54,530 nucleotides of DNA, taken from the IMG/VR virus record IMGVR_UViG_3300012943_000039, positions 1 through 54,530 of that record; one strand, 5' to 3'. Below, one piece after another: positions 1 to 9,614 of the stretch. The notes below the pieces were generated by a model, which saw only the letters and a list, made by a program, of their open reading frames with translations, was not told the origin of the DNA and did no database searches. The stretch comes from a virus. Its lineage: Duplodnaviria; Caudoviricetes. Made by a program: the position numbers and the translations under genes. Position 1 is the stretch's first letter. Each line of letters begins with the position of its first letter.

Positions 1-123
1 AGTCGACTTGCTGTGTCGCCGTCGAATCGAAGTTGTTGCCGACAGCTGGCGCGCTGTTCCACGGGAGCAACGCAGCAAGAACGCCCTTCGGGGCGGACGC
101 CGGAACGCCGAGGATGTCCTCAC
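1..123. repeat. Terminal direct repeat (copy 1), circular-assembly overlap
   Basis: Bases 1-123 are identical to 54408-54530, and an ORF reads in frame across the junction. Confidence 0.95.
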
Positions 124-484
124 AGTGCCACAAGCCGGCACCCATCAGGTTCGCTGACGAGCCGATTGCTCGACATGTCAATTCGATATCGAGTATCCAG
201 CCGACGTTCGTGTGAGCGGCGACAGAATCGAGCAGAACGGCAAGCCCGTCAAATACGACGGTCGCACCGAAGCGCACGTCAAAGCGCGCAGTACCTGGCG
301 TCGTGATGACAGACGAGATTCGTCCCGCGGCCTTGATTTGCAGCTTTCTGCCTACCTGAAAGTAGTTCGCAGGCAGCGTGTATTTCGCAGCTGCCGGCAG
401 CATCGACGTCGCTGACGCAGCTGTGATCGCTCCGCCGTCGACCTGCGCGGTGATGAGTGTTTCCTGCCAAGTCTGAAGACTCAT
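1..484 (-). CDS. Virion/tail-associated protein, N-terminal part (184 aa, continues across the junction to 54337)
   Basis: ATG at 484 with AAGGAG RBS; MSLQTWQETLITAQVDGG...; frame stays open through base 1 into 54407-54337 (555 nt in total); lies directly after the tape measure gene. Confidence 0.8.
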   Translation of the reverse strand, partial: MSLQTWQETLITAQVDGGAITAASATSMLPAAAKYTLPANYFQVGRKLQIKAAGRISSVITTPGTARFDVRFGATVVFDGLAVLLDSVAAHTNVGWILDIELTCRAIGSSANLMGAGLWHCEDILGVPASAPKGVLAALLPWNSAPAVGNNFDSTATQQVD

Positions 485-494
485 GACTGACTCC

Positions 495-2855
495 TTAGGC
501 CGCGCCGAACTGACGAGCCTGCTTCAACTGTCTCATGATGATTTCGCTCACCTGCTGAGCGACTTGAGCACCTGTGCCGTTAACGTGCCAGGTGTTGTGA
601 ACCTCTACGGTCCCGCCCGCCGCACCGCGCGTGATCGGCATCATGCCTGTCGGGTAGACTGTCGAGCCGATCGGCACTCTGACGATCTCCGGACCCTGCT
701 CGCCAACCATGACAGTGCCGCCCTCAGCAAACCCTTTCGGGTATTTCTTCGACTGAGAGATCAGCAGATTGTAAGAGTCGCGAAGCGAGTTGTACCGTGC
801 TAACGCGGCGAAGTAATCGTTCTGATCCTTCGCATCACGGATCGTCTTTTTCTTCTCTTCAAGCGTGCCGCCAAGCGTTCTAAGCTCCTCAAGCAGTGCG
901 TCAGCGCCTCCAGGTGTCTTGTCGATCTCATACTGGTCGACAGCGCCGACCGTGTAGGAGAATCCCTGCTGTTGTCGTTTCTGCGCCTCAGCAAGCGAGA
1001 TGACTTCGCCTGATAGCGTCTTGACCATGACGGTCGTTTTGTTCAAAGTCTCAGCGGCGATATCGGCGTCAGTAACCCACGCGTGATCGAGCAGCTGAAT
1101 CGAGTTCGCAGCGTCCGTCACGGTATCTGTGACGCTCTTACCGTAGTTGCGAACCTGGTCTTGAAGATCCTGGTACTTCTTGTATTGCTCGTCGAGCGCG
1201 CCACGGCTAAATCCCAAGCTACTTGTCAGCATGGCGTTATACGTCGCCAATGCCTTATCGGCCATTTCCTGCAGACCGGTCGTGGACTTGTCTTTGACGC
1301 TATCCCAATCGATCTCGACAGCGCCTAGACTCTCATGCGCGATCTTCTGGTACGTGTCGTATTTCTGCTTGTAAAGTGGGTCGAGCTTGTCAAGCGCGTC
1401 GACCTGCTTCTGGAATGTCGCATTGATGTCAGCGATCTGCGCATCGCGCGACGTGCCCGAGTTCCGGACGACCATCGCGTGATACTCAGCCTGGATATCG
1501 TTAAGCTCTTTCGTGCTCTTCTCAAGAGCTTTCGTGACAGCTGCGCCGTCGATGAACTTCTTGTTCAGCAGATCTTGAGCGGCGGCCAGATCCTTTTCCG
1601 TCTTCGCAAGATCGGCGCTGACTTTGACATGATCGTCAGTCGCAGTCTGCGCGCCGATCATGCCAGCTTTGATTTTGCCTAACGTCGCGCTCAGCGAGTC
1701 AAGAACGCCGTCAAGTTCAGTGTGCTCGACGACGCTTCGCGCAGCCTCAGCAGTCTGATCCTCGAACGACTTGCGCATTCCTTCGATGTTGATTCGCAGG
1801 TCCTCAACACCTTGCGCAGTCTCCGGCGATATGATTTTGAGCTTCGCAGCTGCGTCAGCGACAGACCCGATTGCGGTAACGACTTCTTCAAGAACTTTGA
1901 CAATCGCACCCTCGACGCCAAGCACAGCAGTCTTGATGACATACCACGTGCTTTCGACGAGCTTGAGCGCAGGCACAACAGCCTGAACGAATCCGATAGC
2001 GGTAATCGCACCTTGCTCAACAGCTTTGGTGACAGCGTTGATCGAGTCTTGCTGCTTCTCACCGAACGCGTTTGATACGGCGGCCTCGACGCCTTTGAAC
2101 CCTTCTTCTAAGACTTTTGACGACGCGATTGAACTACCAAGATCGTCAACCCAATTCGATATCTTGACGCCAGCGGCTTCGACGTAGTTGCCGAAAGACT
2201 TCTCCGCTTCGCCTGCGTCTGTGACAGCAGTCTTCAGCAGCCGCATGACTTCGATGCGGTGCGCCTCTGCCTTACCTGACTCGCTCAGCTGATCGGCGCT
2301 GATACCGAGCTTCTTCGCGAACTGCTCTTCAGCGTCAGCGTTTTCGATGACGCCGAGCTTCATGGCCAGGGCACGTGTGCGCCCTGTAACCAACGCGTCA
2401 GAGACAAGATCCAGGTTCTCTTTGGTGCTACCAAGACCGCGGTTGTTCAGCACAACAGCGGCTTCACCGAGAAGCCCGAATTGATCAGCTGTCAGCTTGA
2501 CGCCAGCACTCAGCAGGTGAGCGGCGTTCTCAGCGAGATTGAAGTTAGTAACTGTGCCAAGCGTCCCTTTCTGCAAGGACGCCATGATGTTGTTCGCTTG
2601 GTCAACACCGCCCGCGAACTCTTCGATTGTGCTACGCAGGTCGTTGACATCAGACCCACGCTTGCCAAGTTCGATGACTGCGTAAGCTGTTGCGCCTAAC
2701 GCAGCGGTCAGGATGCCAGCAACGCCGGCAACGGCAGTCAGACTCTCTTGGTTCTTTTTGGAGAACTGAGCAAGCGCCGCCTCAGCGAGCCCAAGACGAC
2801 TCGTGAAGTCGTCTTGAAGCTCGATGAGTCCTTTGATCGGTGCGATGTCAGCCAT
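495..2855 (-). CDS. Tail tape measure protein
   Basis: 786 aa, Ala-rich and helical; C-terminal FAEGG..VGEQGPE motif; follows the tail assembly chaperones. Confidence 0.9.
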   Translation of the reverse strand: MADIAPIKGLIELQDDFTSRLGLAEAALAQFSKKNQESLTAVAGVAGILTAALGATAYAVIELGKRGSDVNDLRSTIEEFAGGVDQANNIMASLQKGTLGTVTNFNLAENAAHLLSAGVKLTADQFGLLGEAAVVLNNRGLGSTKENLDLVSDALVTGRTRALAMKLGVIENADAEEQFAKKLGISADQLSESGKAEAHRIEVMRLLKTAVTDAGEAEKSFGNYVEAAGVKISNWVDDLGSSIASSKVLEEGFKGVEAAVSNAFGEKQQDSINAVTKAVEQGAITAIGFVQAVVPALKLVESTWYVIKTAVLGVEGAIVKVLEEVVTAIGSVADAAAKLKIISPETAQGVEDLRINIEGMRKSFEDQTAEAARSVVEHTELDGVLDSLSATLGKIKAGMIGAQTATDDHVKVSADLAKTEKDLAAAQDLLNKKFIDGAAVTKALEKSTKELNDIQAEYHAMVVRNSGTSRDAQIADINATFQKQVDALDKLDPLYKQKYDTYQKIAHESLGAVEIDWDSVKDKSTTGLQEMADKALATYNAMLTSSLGFSRGALDEQYKKYQDLQDQVRNYGKSVTDTVTDAANSIQLLDHAWVTDADIAAETLNKTTVMVKTLSGEVISLAEAQKRQQQGFSYTVGAVDQYEIDKTPGGADALLEELRTLGGTLEEKKKTIRDAKDQNDYFAALARYNSLRDSYNLLISQSKKYPKGFAEGGTVMVGEQGPEIVRVPIGSTVYPTGMMPITRGAAGGTVEVHNTWHVNGTGAQVAQQVSEIIMRQLKQARQFGAA

Positions 2856-2857
2856 TG

Positions 2858-3160
2858 TTACAGCTTCGGATCGACGTTCAGCCCACGTGCCATGCGTTCC
2901 CGCGCTCGCGCGTTACTACCACTGATCCACGCGTCAATCGCCATCTCTTGCGTTTTCAGGCTCTGCTTGAGAGGCACTGACGCCGGCGCGTCACCAAAGG
3001 GCAGTATGAAATCCCTCAGCAACTTGCCATCACGCATGATGACCTGGACGATATGCGCAAGGCCCCAATCCAGACGATACGACAAGTCAGGATCGAGTTC
3101 TTCGAATACCTTCCACTCTTCGAACTTCCAGGCTGGAATGGACCTCAACATAGCGTCCAC
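2858..3160 (-). CDS. Tail assembly chaperone, C-terminal (gpT-like) part reached by -1 frameshift
   Basis: The frame is open upstream to the slippery site at 3226-3232; lambda G/GT-like position before the tape measure gene. Confidence 0.8.
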   Translation of the reverse strand: MDAMLRSIPAWKFEEWKVFEELDPDLSYRLDWGLAHIVQVIMRDGKLLRDFILPFGDAPASVPLKQSLKTQEMAIDAWISGSNARARERMARGLNVDPKL

Positions 3161-3183
3161 GTCCAGCCATCCGATTCTGCGAG

Positions 3184-3561
3184 CTAGGGCGTAGGCGAGG
3201 CGGCGGTCACTGCCTCGCTCAAGTCCTTTTTTAGGGCCTCTCTTCCCGCAACGCCCATCTTGTTCAGACGAAGCGCGACCAGCTGCAGCCGGTTCAGGAC
3301 GTCGATGTTCTTTTTCTTGAGCGCAGGAAGGTCCTCAATCGTGAAGAGTAGATTACCCTCTGTGTCTCGCGCCGAGTGAATCGTCATCAGATACATGCCG
3401 CAGTCCGGATGTTCCGCCAGTGCTTTCGTAAAGGCGGTGGACTCTTCGGCGTTCATCTGCTGAATCCGCACGGGGCCGCCCCACTCGGGGCAATCTACGT
3501 CTTCATGATCTAGGTCGACAGCTTCAAGAATCTGCGACCTAGAAAGCAATGTCTGGGTCAT
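3184..3561 (-). CDS. Tail assembly chaperone (gpG-like)
   Basis: LSRSQIL..V.CPEWGGPVRI motif typical of this family; lies between tail tube and tape measure genes. Confidence 0.85.
   Translation of the reverse strand: MTQTLLSRSQILEAVDLDHEDVDCPEWGGPVRIQQMNAEESTAFTKALAEHPDCGMYLMTIHSARDTEGNLLFTIEDLPALKKKNIDVLNRLQLVALRLNKMGVAGREALKKDLSEAVTAASPTP
3226..3232 (-). other. Programmed -1 ribosomal frameshift heptamer A AAA AAG
   Basis: mRNA reads CTA AAA AAG GAC; the -1 frame reads GLERGSDRRLAYALARRIGWLDVDAML into the 2858-3160 ORF without a stop. Confidence 0.85.
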
Positions 3562-3612
3562 TGTTTTCTAAGCTCCTATGCTGAACGAATGAACGAGCGT
3601 GCTACGTGATGT

Positions 3613-4026
3613 TTACGACTCCGTGACGATGGACGCCCACGTGATCGCGCAGGACGCACCCTGCTTCGCATCGACGGGGGCAACGTCGAAATCGAACATC
3701 TGCAGATACGCTGCGCCGTACCGGCTACGGCCGGACGGGAACAGGATCTGCCAGTAGTTCTTGACGTTGTTGTCGATGTCGTTGTTCAGGTCAATGTGCG
3801 TCGCATCGCCTGCCACGTAATTGATCTTGAACGTCGGATCCTTCTGACGCAGGATCCCGAGCAGGTGACTTTCGGACCCGTCGTTGTGCGTTGACGTCTC
3901 GATCTTGTTCCGGCTCTTGCCGCCGGGGCCGACTTCGGTGATCTCACCGATGGTGACCAAAGCCAATGGGGTAGCGAAAGGCGCCCGCTTGACCAAGATC
4001 CCCGTTGCTGTGACTGCGTTCGACAT
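3613..4026 (-). CDS. Major tail tube protein
   Basis: IGEITEVGPGG.S...IETSTH...GI pattern of lambda-like tail tube proteins; synteny; strong RBS. Confidence 0.8.
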   Translation of the reverse strand: MSNAVTATGILVKRAPFATPLALVTIGEITEVGPGGKSRNKIETSTHNDGSESHLLGILRQKDPTFKINYVAGDATHIDLNNDIDNNVKNYWQILFPSGRSRYGAAYLQMFDFDVAPVDAKQGASCAITWASIVTES

Positions 4027-4076
4027 GAGTTTCTCCTCAGAAAATTGCGAAAGGATCTCTGACTACGCGCCTGCCT

Positions 4077-4619
4077 CTACGCGCTCGCTCCGATGATGTA
4101 GACGTCAGCGGTGACGCTCGTCGTCGCGTCTTCGTCGCCGTTCGCGATCTGGAGCTTGTCGGCCGTCGTCGCAGTGACGACGTATGCCGTTGCAGCGGGA
4201 GCCACGAGCACGAGCAACCCGCCCGGTCGAACCTTCATCGCGGGCTGAGCAAGCGCCGTCGCTGCGTAGTCGAAGAAGATCGTCGAGATCGCTGATGCGG
4301 GGTCACCGCCGCCGACGACAACGGAGTTCACGTTCGTTGACGCAGCCGAGATGATGATCGCCTTGATGCGCGCCATCGTGATGGTCTGCCCGAGTGGGTC
4401 CGTCACTGTCCCGGCGAGATCGATGTCACCGGCCGGCGAGCCGTGCGTCCGCGTGATCTGCGTCGTATAGAGCTTGTCCGCCTGGTTGGCGCCGGTGCCA
4501 GTCAGCAGCGGAAAGAGGAAGCTCACGTCGACCTTACCATCAGCTGCGGCAACGCCGACGGTGTTCTGGAGCAGTGAATTGAGAAGAACAGTGATCTTCG
4601 ATGTCAGCGTTGCGGCCAT
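4077..4619 (-). CDS. Hypothetical virion protein
   Basis: 180 aa, beta/Thr/Ala-rich, GGAG RBS, inside the morphogenesis cluster. Confidence 0.6.
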   Translation of the reverse strand: MAATLTSKITVLLNSLLQNTVGVAAADGKVDVSFLFPLLTGTGANQADKLYTTQITRTHGSPAGDIDLAGTVTDPLGQTITMARIKAIIISAASTNVNSVVVGGGDPASAISTIFFDYAATALAQPAMKVRPGGLLVLVAPAATAYVVTATTADKLQIANGDEDATTSVTADVYIIGASA

Positions 4620-4630
4620 TTACGTTTCTC

Positions 4631-5059
4631 CTAGCTAGAGGCTGGTGAAGGACGTTTCACACAGTCGATGTTGAACGCGATTCTTGGTCTGCCCTTTTCA
4701 TCTGGCGGTAGGTCGAAAGGCTCTGAACGCACGTTCAACTCCCTCCACCAGGTTCCATTGATGAACTGATTCGCGACTGGCCACAGCAGATCGTAAAGAC
4801 GCTGGGCCATCGATTCAGCTACATCATAATCCTGCGCCCTGACGACAATCTGTGCCGTCGGACGCTCGTATGCTGGCTCGTCTGCGGAGTTATGGGTGTC
4901 TTCAGACCCAAGTCCTCCTGTGCGAATCAGCGAAACGTAAGGCCCCTTGCCGTCCGGTATGACGGCTTTCGGCCCCTTGAACAAGTTCGTCCCATACTGC
5001 AGCGCCAGCGGCGACGTCTCTAAGAACGAGATGAGATCCGGGAAGAATGTCGACGGCAT
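4631..5059 (-). CDS. Tail terminator / tail completion protein
   Basis: Size, position after the gp10-like gene, and P.AQIVVRA...D.KGRP.IAFN pattern. Confidence 0.7.
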   Translation of the reverse strand: MPSTFFPDLISFLETSPLALQYGTNLFKGPKAVIPDGKGPYVSLIRTGGLGSEDTHNSADEPAYERPTAQIVVRAQDYDVAESMAQRLYDLLWPVANQFINGTWWRELNVRSEPFDLPPDEKGRPRIAFNIDCVKRPSPASS

Positions 5060-5060
5060 C

Positions 5061-5432
5061 TCACAACGCCTTGTTCAATTCGATCCGAGCAGCGATACGG
5101 TCTGCCATATGCGGCGCACTCTCAGTAAGCGGCTGCTCGATATACTTCGCTTGCCCGTGCGGATGGTACGCTTCCAGATCTTCATGGACGTAAAACGCGT
5201 AATCCATACTGGCTGAAACCACTACGAAAATTCTGCGTCCCTCCCGTTGCGGCTCAGTAATCGCGATGCTCGCTCGCAGCGCGCCAGTCTTGAACGGGGT
5301 AACCGCCTTGATCTCTTTCAGTTCAACCAAGGCTTCCTGGTACAGTGCTCGCGCGAACTCGTCAGGCGCGAACAACTTCAACTTCTTGAGATCTCTCAGC
5401 GCGTTATTCGCGCCTGCGAAGATGCTCGGCAT
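5061..5432 (-). CDS. HK97 gp10-like neck/tail completion protein
   Basis: TPFKTGALRAS...YAFYVHE...GQAKYIEQP motifs. Confidence 0.8.
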   Translation of the reverse strand: MPSIFAGANNALRDLKKLKLFAPDEFARALYQEALVELKEIKAVTPFKTGALRASIAITEPQREGRRIFVVVSASMDYAFYVHEDLEAYHPHGQAKYIEQPLTESAPHMADRIAARIELNKAL

Positions 5433-5439
5433 TGCTATC

Positions 5440-5835
5440 TCAAACGCGCAGATCGCCTAGATAGATCTCAGTCAGTACCACGCCGTTACTTGCGTCAACG
5501 AATCCGTCAGTCCCAAGAATCGGCTGAGCGGAGTCTCGTGCTTCTTCGCTGCCGTCGAGCGTGCCGCCCACTGGCGTCACGATCCGGTCAAACTCGTTGA
5601 TCACAGCCGGCGTCAGAAACGTGACTTGAGCATTGCTGACAGCCATCTCGCCGCTGAACGTGCGAACTTGCTTCATCTTGCGCACATAGATCGCCTTACG
5701 CGCGACAGCTGGCGCGTAAGATCTCTTTCCCGCGCCGTCCTGACTCAGAAAGGCGTAGTAAAGAACGTCAGCTTGTAACCCGAAATTCTGGGTCAAGCTG
5801 TCAGCGAGCGCGACGAGATTGCCAAGCAGACTCAT
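5440..5835 (-). CDS. Head closure / head-tail joining protein
   Basis: Synteny, size and DGAGKRSY...KQVRTFSGEMAVS pattern. Confidence 0.6.
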   Translation of the reverse strand: MSLLGNLVALADSLTQNFGLQADVLYYAFLSQDGAGKRSYAPAVARKAIYVRKMKQVRTFSGEMAVSNAQVTFLTPAVINEFDRIVTPVGGTLDGSEEARDSAQPILGTDGFVDASNGVVLTEIYLGDLRV

Positions 5836-6267
5836 TTACTGCTCGTCGACTACCACGTTGACGTCGACAACGCCGTTCGCTGCGAGATTCCACAGAACGA
5901 CAGTCGTTGCCGGCGGGATGTAAAGCCCAGGCGCGATGAACTCCCACTTGACGTTGGACGAGATCGTCGCAGGGAACCCGACGCGTCGAAAGAAGTCTGC
6001 CGGCACTGTCGGTCCGGTACCCCACGCAATCGCCGTCTTGACGAGCGGCGGTACATCGCTCGCACCTTCGTTCAAGTTCGTGACAGGCGTTGTCGGCGTG
6101 ATGCCCTTCGCAGCTGGCCGGCCGAGTCCGTAAGTGCTCGCAGTCGCAGCGGCAAGAATGACTTGCACTTCACGCAAGAACGCGCCCTTCGTGCCGGCGA
6201 TGATTTCGAGTGCTGCAGCACCTGTCGTGCCGTCAGAAGTTCTCCGAGCGATTGAAGTTCTGATCAT
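5836..6267 (-). CDS. Hypothetical virion protein
   Basis: 143-aa beta-rich ORF, translationally coupled to both neighbours. Confidence 0.6.
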   Translation of the reverse strand: MIRTSIARRTSDGTTGAAALEIIAGTKGAFLREVQVILAAATASTYGLGRPAAKGITPTTPVTNLNEGASDVPPLVKTAIAWGTGPTVPADFFRRVGFPATISSNVKWEFIAPGLYIPPATTVVLWNLAANGVVDVNVVVDEQ

Positions 6268-6794
6268 TATGCCCTCTGCAGCTGACGGACGCCACGATTA
6301 CGACTCCGCGGGTATCCCCACGCACACGGAATCAAGTTCACTACGATGTCAGGGACGGGCTTTGCATACACCGCGTCCTTGAACGTGAAAGCAACTGGAC
6401 CGGCCCTCAAGGAGGTAACTCCGAAGGTCTCGATATCCGAATTGCCCGTTAGATCGCTGGCGAGCAGCTGACGAGCGTATTCAGCTGTCGCACGTTGAAG
6501 CTCGACGGGTATCGTGTGAAGGTCGACGAGTTCCCACCCGTTGAGCTTGACCATTCCCTGACGCGGCCACAGCAGTGCTTGAATCGAGTCTGTGGCGAAT
6601 CCGTTCCATTCCCACAGAGCATCCATGAGCTTCGTCGCCCACAGAATGCTCTGATTTTTCTGATCGGTTGACGCCGCGGTCCATGTCGTCCCTACCGCTG
6701 GCCGGTCAAGCTGATACTGTTCAGCAAACGCGAGATCGCAATACGCATTTGCGTTAGCAGCGCCGGCCGTCGTGACCAGGGTAGAGACAGGCAT
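6267..6794 (-). CDS. Head-tail adaptor (family often annotated as DnaT-like)
   Basis: ANANAYCDLAFAEQY...QALLWPR...IP.ELQRATAEYA motifs; downstream of the capsid gene. Confidence 0.75.
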   Translation of the reverse strand: MPVSTLVTTAGAANANAYCDLAFAEQYQLDRPAVGTTWTAASTDQKNQSILWATKLMDALWEWNGFATDSIQALLWPRQGMVKLNGWELVDLHTIPVELQRATAEYARQLLASDLTGNSDIETFGVTSLRAGPVAFTFKDAVYAKPVPDIVVNLIPCAWGYPRSRNRGVRQLQRA

Positions 6795-6812
6795 GATGAG
6801 TGTTCCTCTTCC

Positions 6813-7337
6813 TTACGGCTCGATTGCGTAAGTGAAGTTGATGTCGACGTGCGTTGCGGTCGTGCCGGTCGCGCCGGTCTTGCCGACGGTAATGGCAGTG
6901 CTGACGTCGTTCGCAACGTAGCTGACGCCGCCGGCGAGAATCGCCGCACCAGAACCGCCCGACTTCAACTCTGCGTTCTGCAGGAGTGACGCCTGCGCGA
7001 ACGCAACGAGCTTGACACCTGACGCGCTCTGCGTCCCGAGGATGTCAACCGTGTCGAGTGCGCCGACCGCGCCGCCGATTGCGATGGCAGACGCAGTGAT
7101 CATGCGGTACTTGAAGCCCGTCAGAGCAGCAAGCAGCGTGACGCCGGCGTTGACTTCAGCGATTGTGCAACGTCGACGAATGTTACGGACCGTGCCTGGC
7201 ACGACAAGCCCGCCGGTGACGTTGGGGTCGATGCGGTAAAGCTCGTTGCCTGAAGCGTCGTAAATGACGAGTGCGCCTGCGGAATTGTAGCGGGTTTTTA
7301 CGCCGCCACGGCCTTGCGGATACAGTCTGTCGTCCAT
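6813..7337 (-). CDS. Putative capsid decoration / head fibre protein
   Basis: Gly/Ala/Thr-rich 174 aa directly after the major capsid gene; GAGGAG RBS. Confidence 0.5.
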   Translation of the reverse strand: MDDRLYPQGRGGVKTRYNSAGALVIYDASGNELYRIDPNVTGGLVVPGTVRNIRRRCTIAEVNAGVTLLAALTGFKYRMITASAIAIGGAVGALDTVDILGTQSASGVKLVAFAQASLLQNAELKSGGSGAAILAGGVSYVANDVSTAITVGKTGATGTTATHVDINFTYAIEP

Positions 7338-7384
7338 TGCACTTCTCCTCTGAAACTGCTGTTGGGATTTCCAATCAAGCGTTT

Positions 7385-7412
7385 CAAAGGGGAGGACCCG
7401 AAGGTCCTCCCC
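7385..7412 (-). terminator. Rho-independent terminator after the major capsid gene
   Basis: mRNA GGGGAGGACC-UUCG-GGUCCUCCCC followed by UUU. Confidence 0.8.
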
Positions 7413-7430
7413 GATGAGCGCAAGAGACGT

Positions 7431-8579
7431 CTAGCCAGCGATCCAGACGCCGGCGTTGTCGCGCACAACAGACCCGCCGAAGAGCGCGTCATACGCCCAC
7501 ATGGTCTGCTTGTATTGACGCGACACTTCAAGGCGCAGCGAAAGCCCGCTGACCTCGTCGATGGCGATTGCCTGCAGCGTGGCACCAGGAATCTGCTGAG
7601 TGTCGAGCAGCGGGGCCATAGCGAACGCGAGCGCGTCACGCTGAATCAAGATGTTCTGAGCGTGCGTGGCAGCTGCGCTCGACTTCTTGACGATGGCTTC
7701 ACCGCCCGCGGTCGCAGCGAAGAGACCAGGCGTGATCGTGACGCTCGACGGCGTAGAACCGCCGACGCTCGAAACGACGTTGTATGTGTAGTTGCCGATT
7801 CCGATGATGTCCCCGGCGATCATCGTGCCGGTTGCACCGCCAGACAGCGCAATCGTCGTCGCGCCAACAGCGTTGACGCCCGTCACGGTCGTGCCGGTCG
7901 TATACGTGCCGCTCGTGCGGGTTGGCACGCGCTGCGACATGAGCCACAGTGCGCCGAGCTTGCGCCCGATCTGACCGTTCAGAATGACGCCATCGCCGCC
8001 ACCGAAGGACGCGTCCTGGAATGCGCGAAGACCGAGCGCGTTCGCTTCAGCGTCCGTGTTCAGGACGACGTAGCGCGGCTCCATGTCCATCAGCTGGTTG
8101 TTCGCGACCTTGCGCGCGTCGAGATACGCCGTCAAGTCAGTTGCGAACGGCGTCACGCCAGCAGTGCCGGCCCAGCCGTAGATCTTCGCAGTGAGCTTCG
8201 TCCACAGGAAGTCTTCGATGTAATTCGCAAGGCCCTTGACGGCCTCGTTCGCTTGCATCGGGAGAATCCCGCGGTCGACCTGTGCAAGGCCCTTGTCGTC
8301 CATCGCGAAGGGCGCTTCACGCCAGGTGTCGAGCGTGACGGGAACCGACGTCGGCGTGACAGCAGTAACGGACGGCGGCACGACGTCCGGCGTCACTGCG
8401 CGAGTCGCGACAGCTGCCGGTACGGCGACGTTCACCGTGGCGAACTTCTTCGCCGCAGTGATTTCCTGCTCGTAATCCTTGTTGGCAATGTGAACGAGTG
8501 CGAGACGTTCGCGCAGGGTCGCCAGACCCATTGCGACTGTCGTCCCGAGGAGTGCGGTTGTGACGAGTGCTCCGGCCAT
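7431..8579 (-). CDS. Major capsid protein, P22 coat-like (382 aa)
   Basis: KFATVNVAVP, VTLD, GQIGRKLG..WLMSQ, LRLEV..QYKQTMWAYDALFG; insertion domain; start set at ATG 8579 (GGGAG RBS); follows the scaffold gene. Confidence 0.9.
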   Translation of the reverse strand: MAGALVTTALLGTTVAMGLATLRERLALVHIANKDYEQEITAAKKFATVNVAVPAAVATRAVTPDVVPPSVTAVTPTSVPVTLDTWREAPFAMDDKGLAQVDRGILPMQANEAVKGLANYIEDFLWTKLTAKIYGWAGTAGVTPFATDLTAYLDARKVANNQLMDMEPRYVVLNTDAEANALGLRAFQDASFGGGDGVILNGQIGRKLGALWLMSQRVPTRTSGTYTTGTTVTGVNAVGATTIALSGGATGTMIAGDIIGIGNYTYNVVSSVGGSTPSSVTITPGLFAATAGGEAIVKKSSAAATHAQNILIQRDALAFAMAPLLDTQQIPGATLQAIAIDEVSGLSLRLEVSRQYKQTMWAYDALFGGSVVRDNAGVWIAG

Positions 8580-8775
8580 TTGGAAGTCTCCCTTGGAAAC
8601 AGAAAAGCTGTTGTCACCAAGCGACTTCACCGAAGCCGGGCCGCATCCTCTCCGAGGTGGGCCAGAACAGTCACCCTCCGGGAAACTGTTCTCTACGATA
8701 GAACGAGACTGCGACTATCTCACCGAGATGCGCGAGCACGCCCGCCGGACGTGCTCGCGCTTGAGTCGCAACGAT
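8580..8775 (-). promoter_or_regulatory. Highly structured 5' leader of the capsid gene (candidate cis-regulatory RNA)
   Basis: Five hairpins with C-GGN-G loops, a three-way junction, and GUCUC/GAGAC pairing that overlaps the RBS. Confidence 0.6.
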
Positions 8776-9597
8776 CTACCGTGTTGCTGCCGCCTGATCG
8801 GCGGAGTATTCAACCTTCACCTTGCCTGCCAGGATGTCTTTCGACGCTTCTCCCAGCTGCGCAGGTGTCGGGTCCTTCAAGATCGTGACGCCCGCACGAG
8901 TCGGCGTCTTGTCGCCGGGCTTGCCGTTGCCAAGCCCGCCGCCGCCACCAGACGGCTTGAACGCGAAAGACGATTCACGCGTCTGACGCGTCATCCACTC
9001 TTCGATGGTCAACGGCTCGCCAGGACGGTCGGCGCTGTATTGACCGGCGGCTGCCTTGACAGTGCCGTTCTCGACGACGAACACGCCCGCAGTCTTGCTG
9101 ACGATGTAGTCGAGTGCGTCAGACTGCCCGCCTGCCTTGGCGAACACGTCGCTGATCGTACCGCGCAGCGTGAGCGTCTCCGCGCGCTTGCGCTCCTGTT
9201 CGGCGGTTGACGTGATGGTGGACAGCTGCGACTGAAGAGGCTTGACTGCCGCTTCGACAGCAGCGGTGACAAGCGCCTGGACGTCTTTCGGGTCCTTCAC
9301 GCCGCCGGCCGCAAGCTCGGTCACCTTCGCAAGCGCAGCTTTCGCCGCGTCAGGGTCGATGCCCTCAAACTTCTTCGCGATGGGCTCAAGCTCGCTGACC
9401 TTCTTGTTCAGATTGACGTTCGTGTCCCTGAACTCGATTACCTTGGCGTTCGCCGCGTTCAACTCAGCGGCAGGCACGAAGCCAGCGGGCGCAGCTGAGA
9501 GATCGACATGGAATTTGCCGTCGCGCTGCGTGTAGAACTGACGCGCGGCTTCTGGAACGTCTTCGATTTTGTCAACGACCGGGACAAGTGCGGGCAT
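8776..9597 (-). CDS. Capsid scaffolding protein
   Basis: KIEDVPEAARQFYTQRDGKFHVD N-terminus, coiled coil, FKPSGGGG C-terminal motif; upstream of the capsid gene. Confidence 0.85.
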   Translation of the reverse strand: MPALVPVVDKIEDVPEAARQFYTQRDGKFHVDLSAAPAGFVPAAELNAANAKVIEFRDTNVNLNKKVSELEPIAKKFEGIDPDAAKAALAKVTELAAGGVKDPKDVQALVTAAVEAAVKPLQSQLSTITSTAEQERKRAETLTLRGTISDVFAKAGGQSDALDYIVSKTAGVFVVENGTVKAAAGQYSADRPGEPLTIEEWMTRQTRESSFAFKPSGGGGGLGNGKPGDKTPTRAGVTILKDPTPAQLGEASKDILAGKVKVEYSADQAAATR

Positions 9598-9614
9598 GGG
9601 AAGCTCCTGAGAGT

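Noticed and set aside
1-123. 123-bp repeat as a biological terminal repeat
   Set aside because: It lies in the middle of a gene and is best explained as assembler overlap; the terminase type suggests headful packaging.
7314-8888. 524-aa plus-strand ORF
   Set aside because: Antisense shadow of the capsid gene; Arg-rich, no motifs, expected in high-GC DNA.
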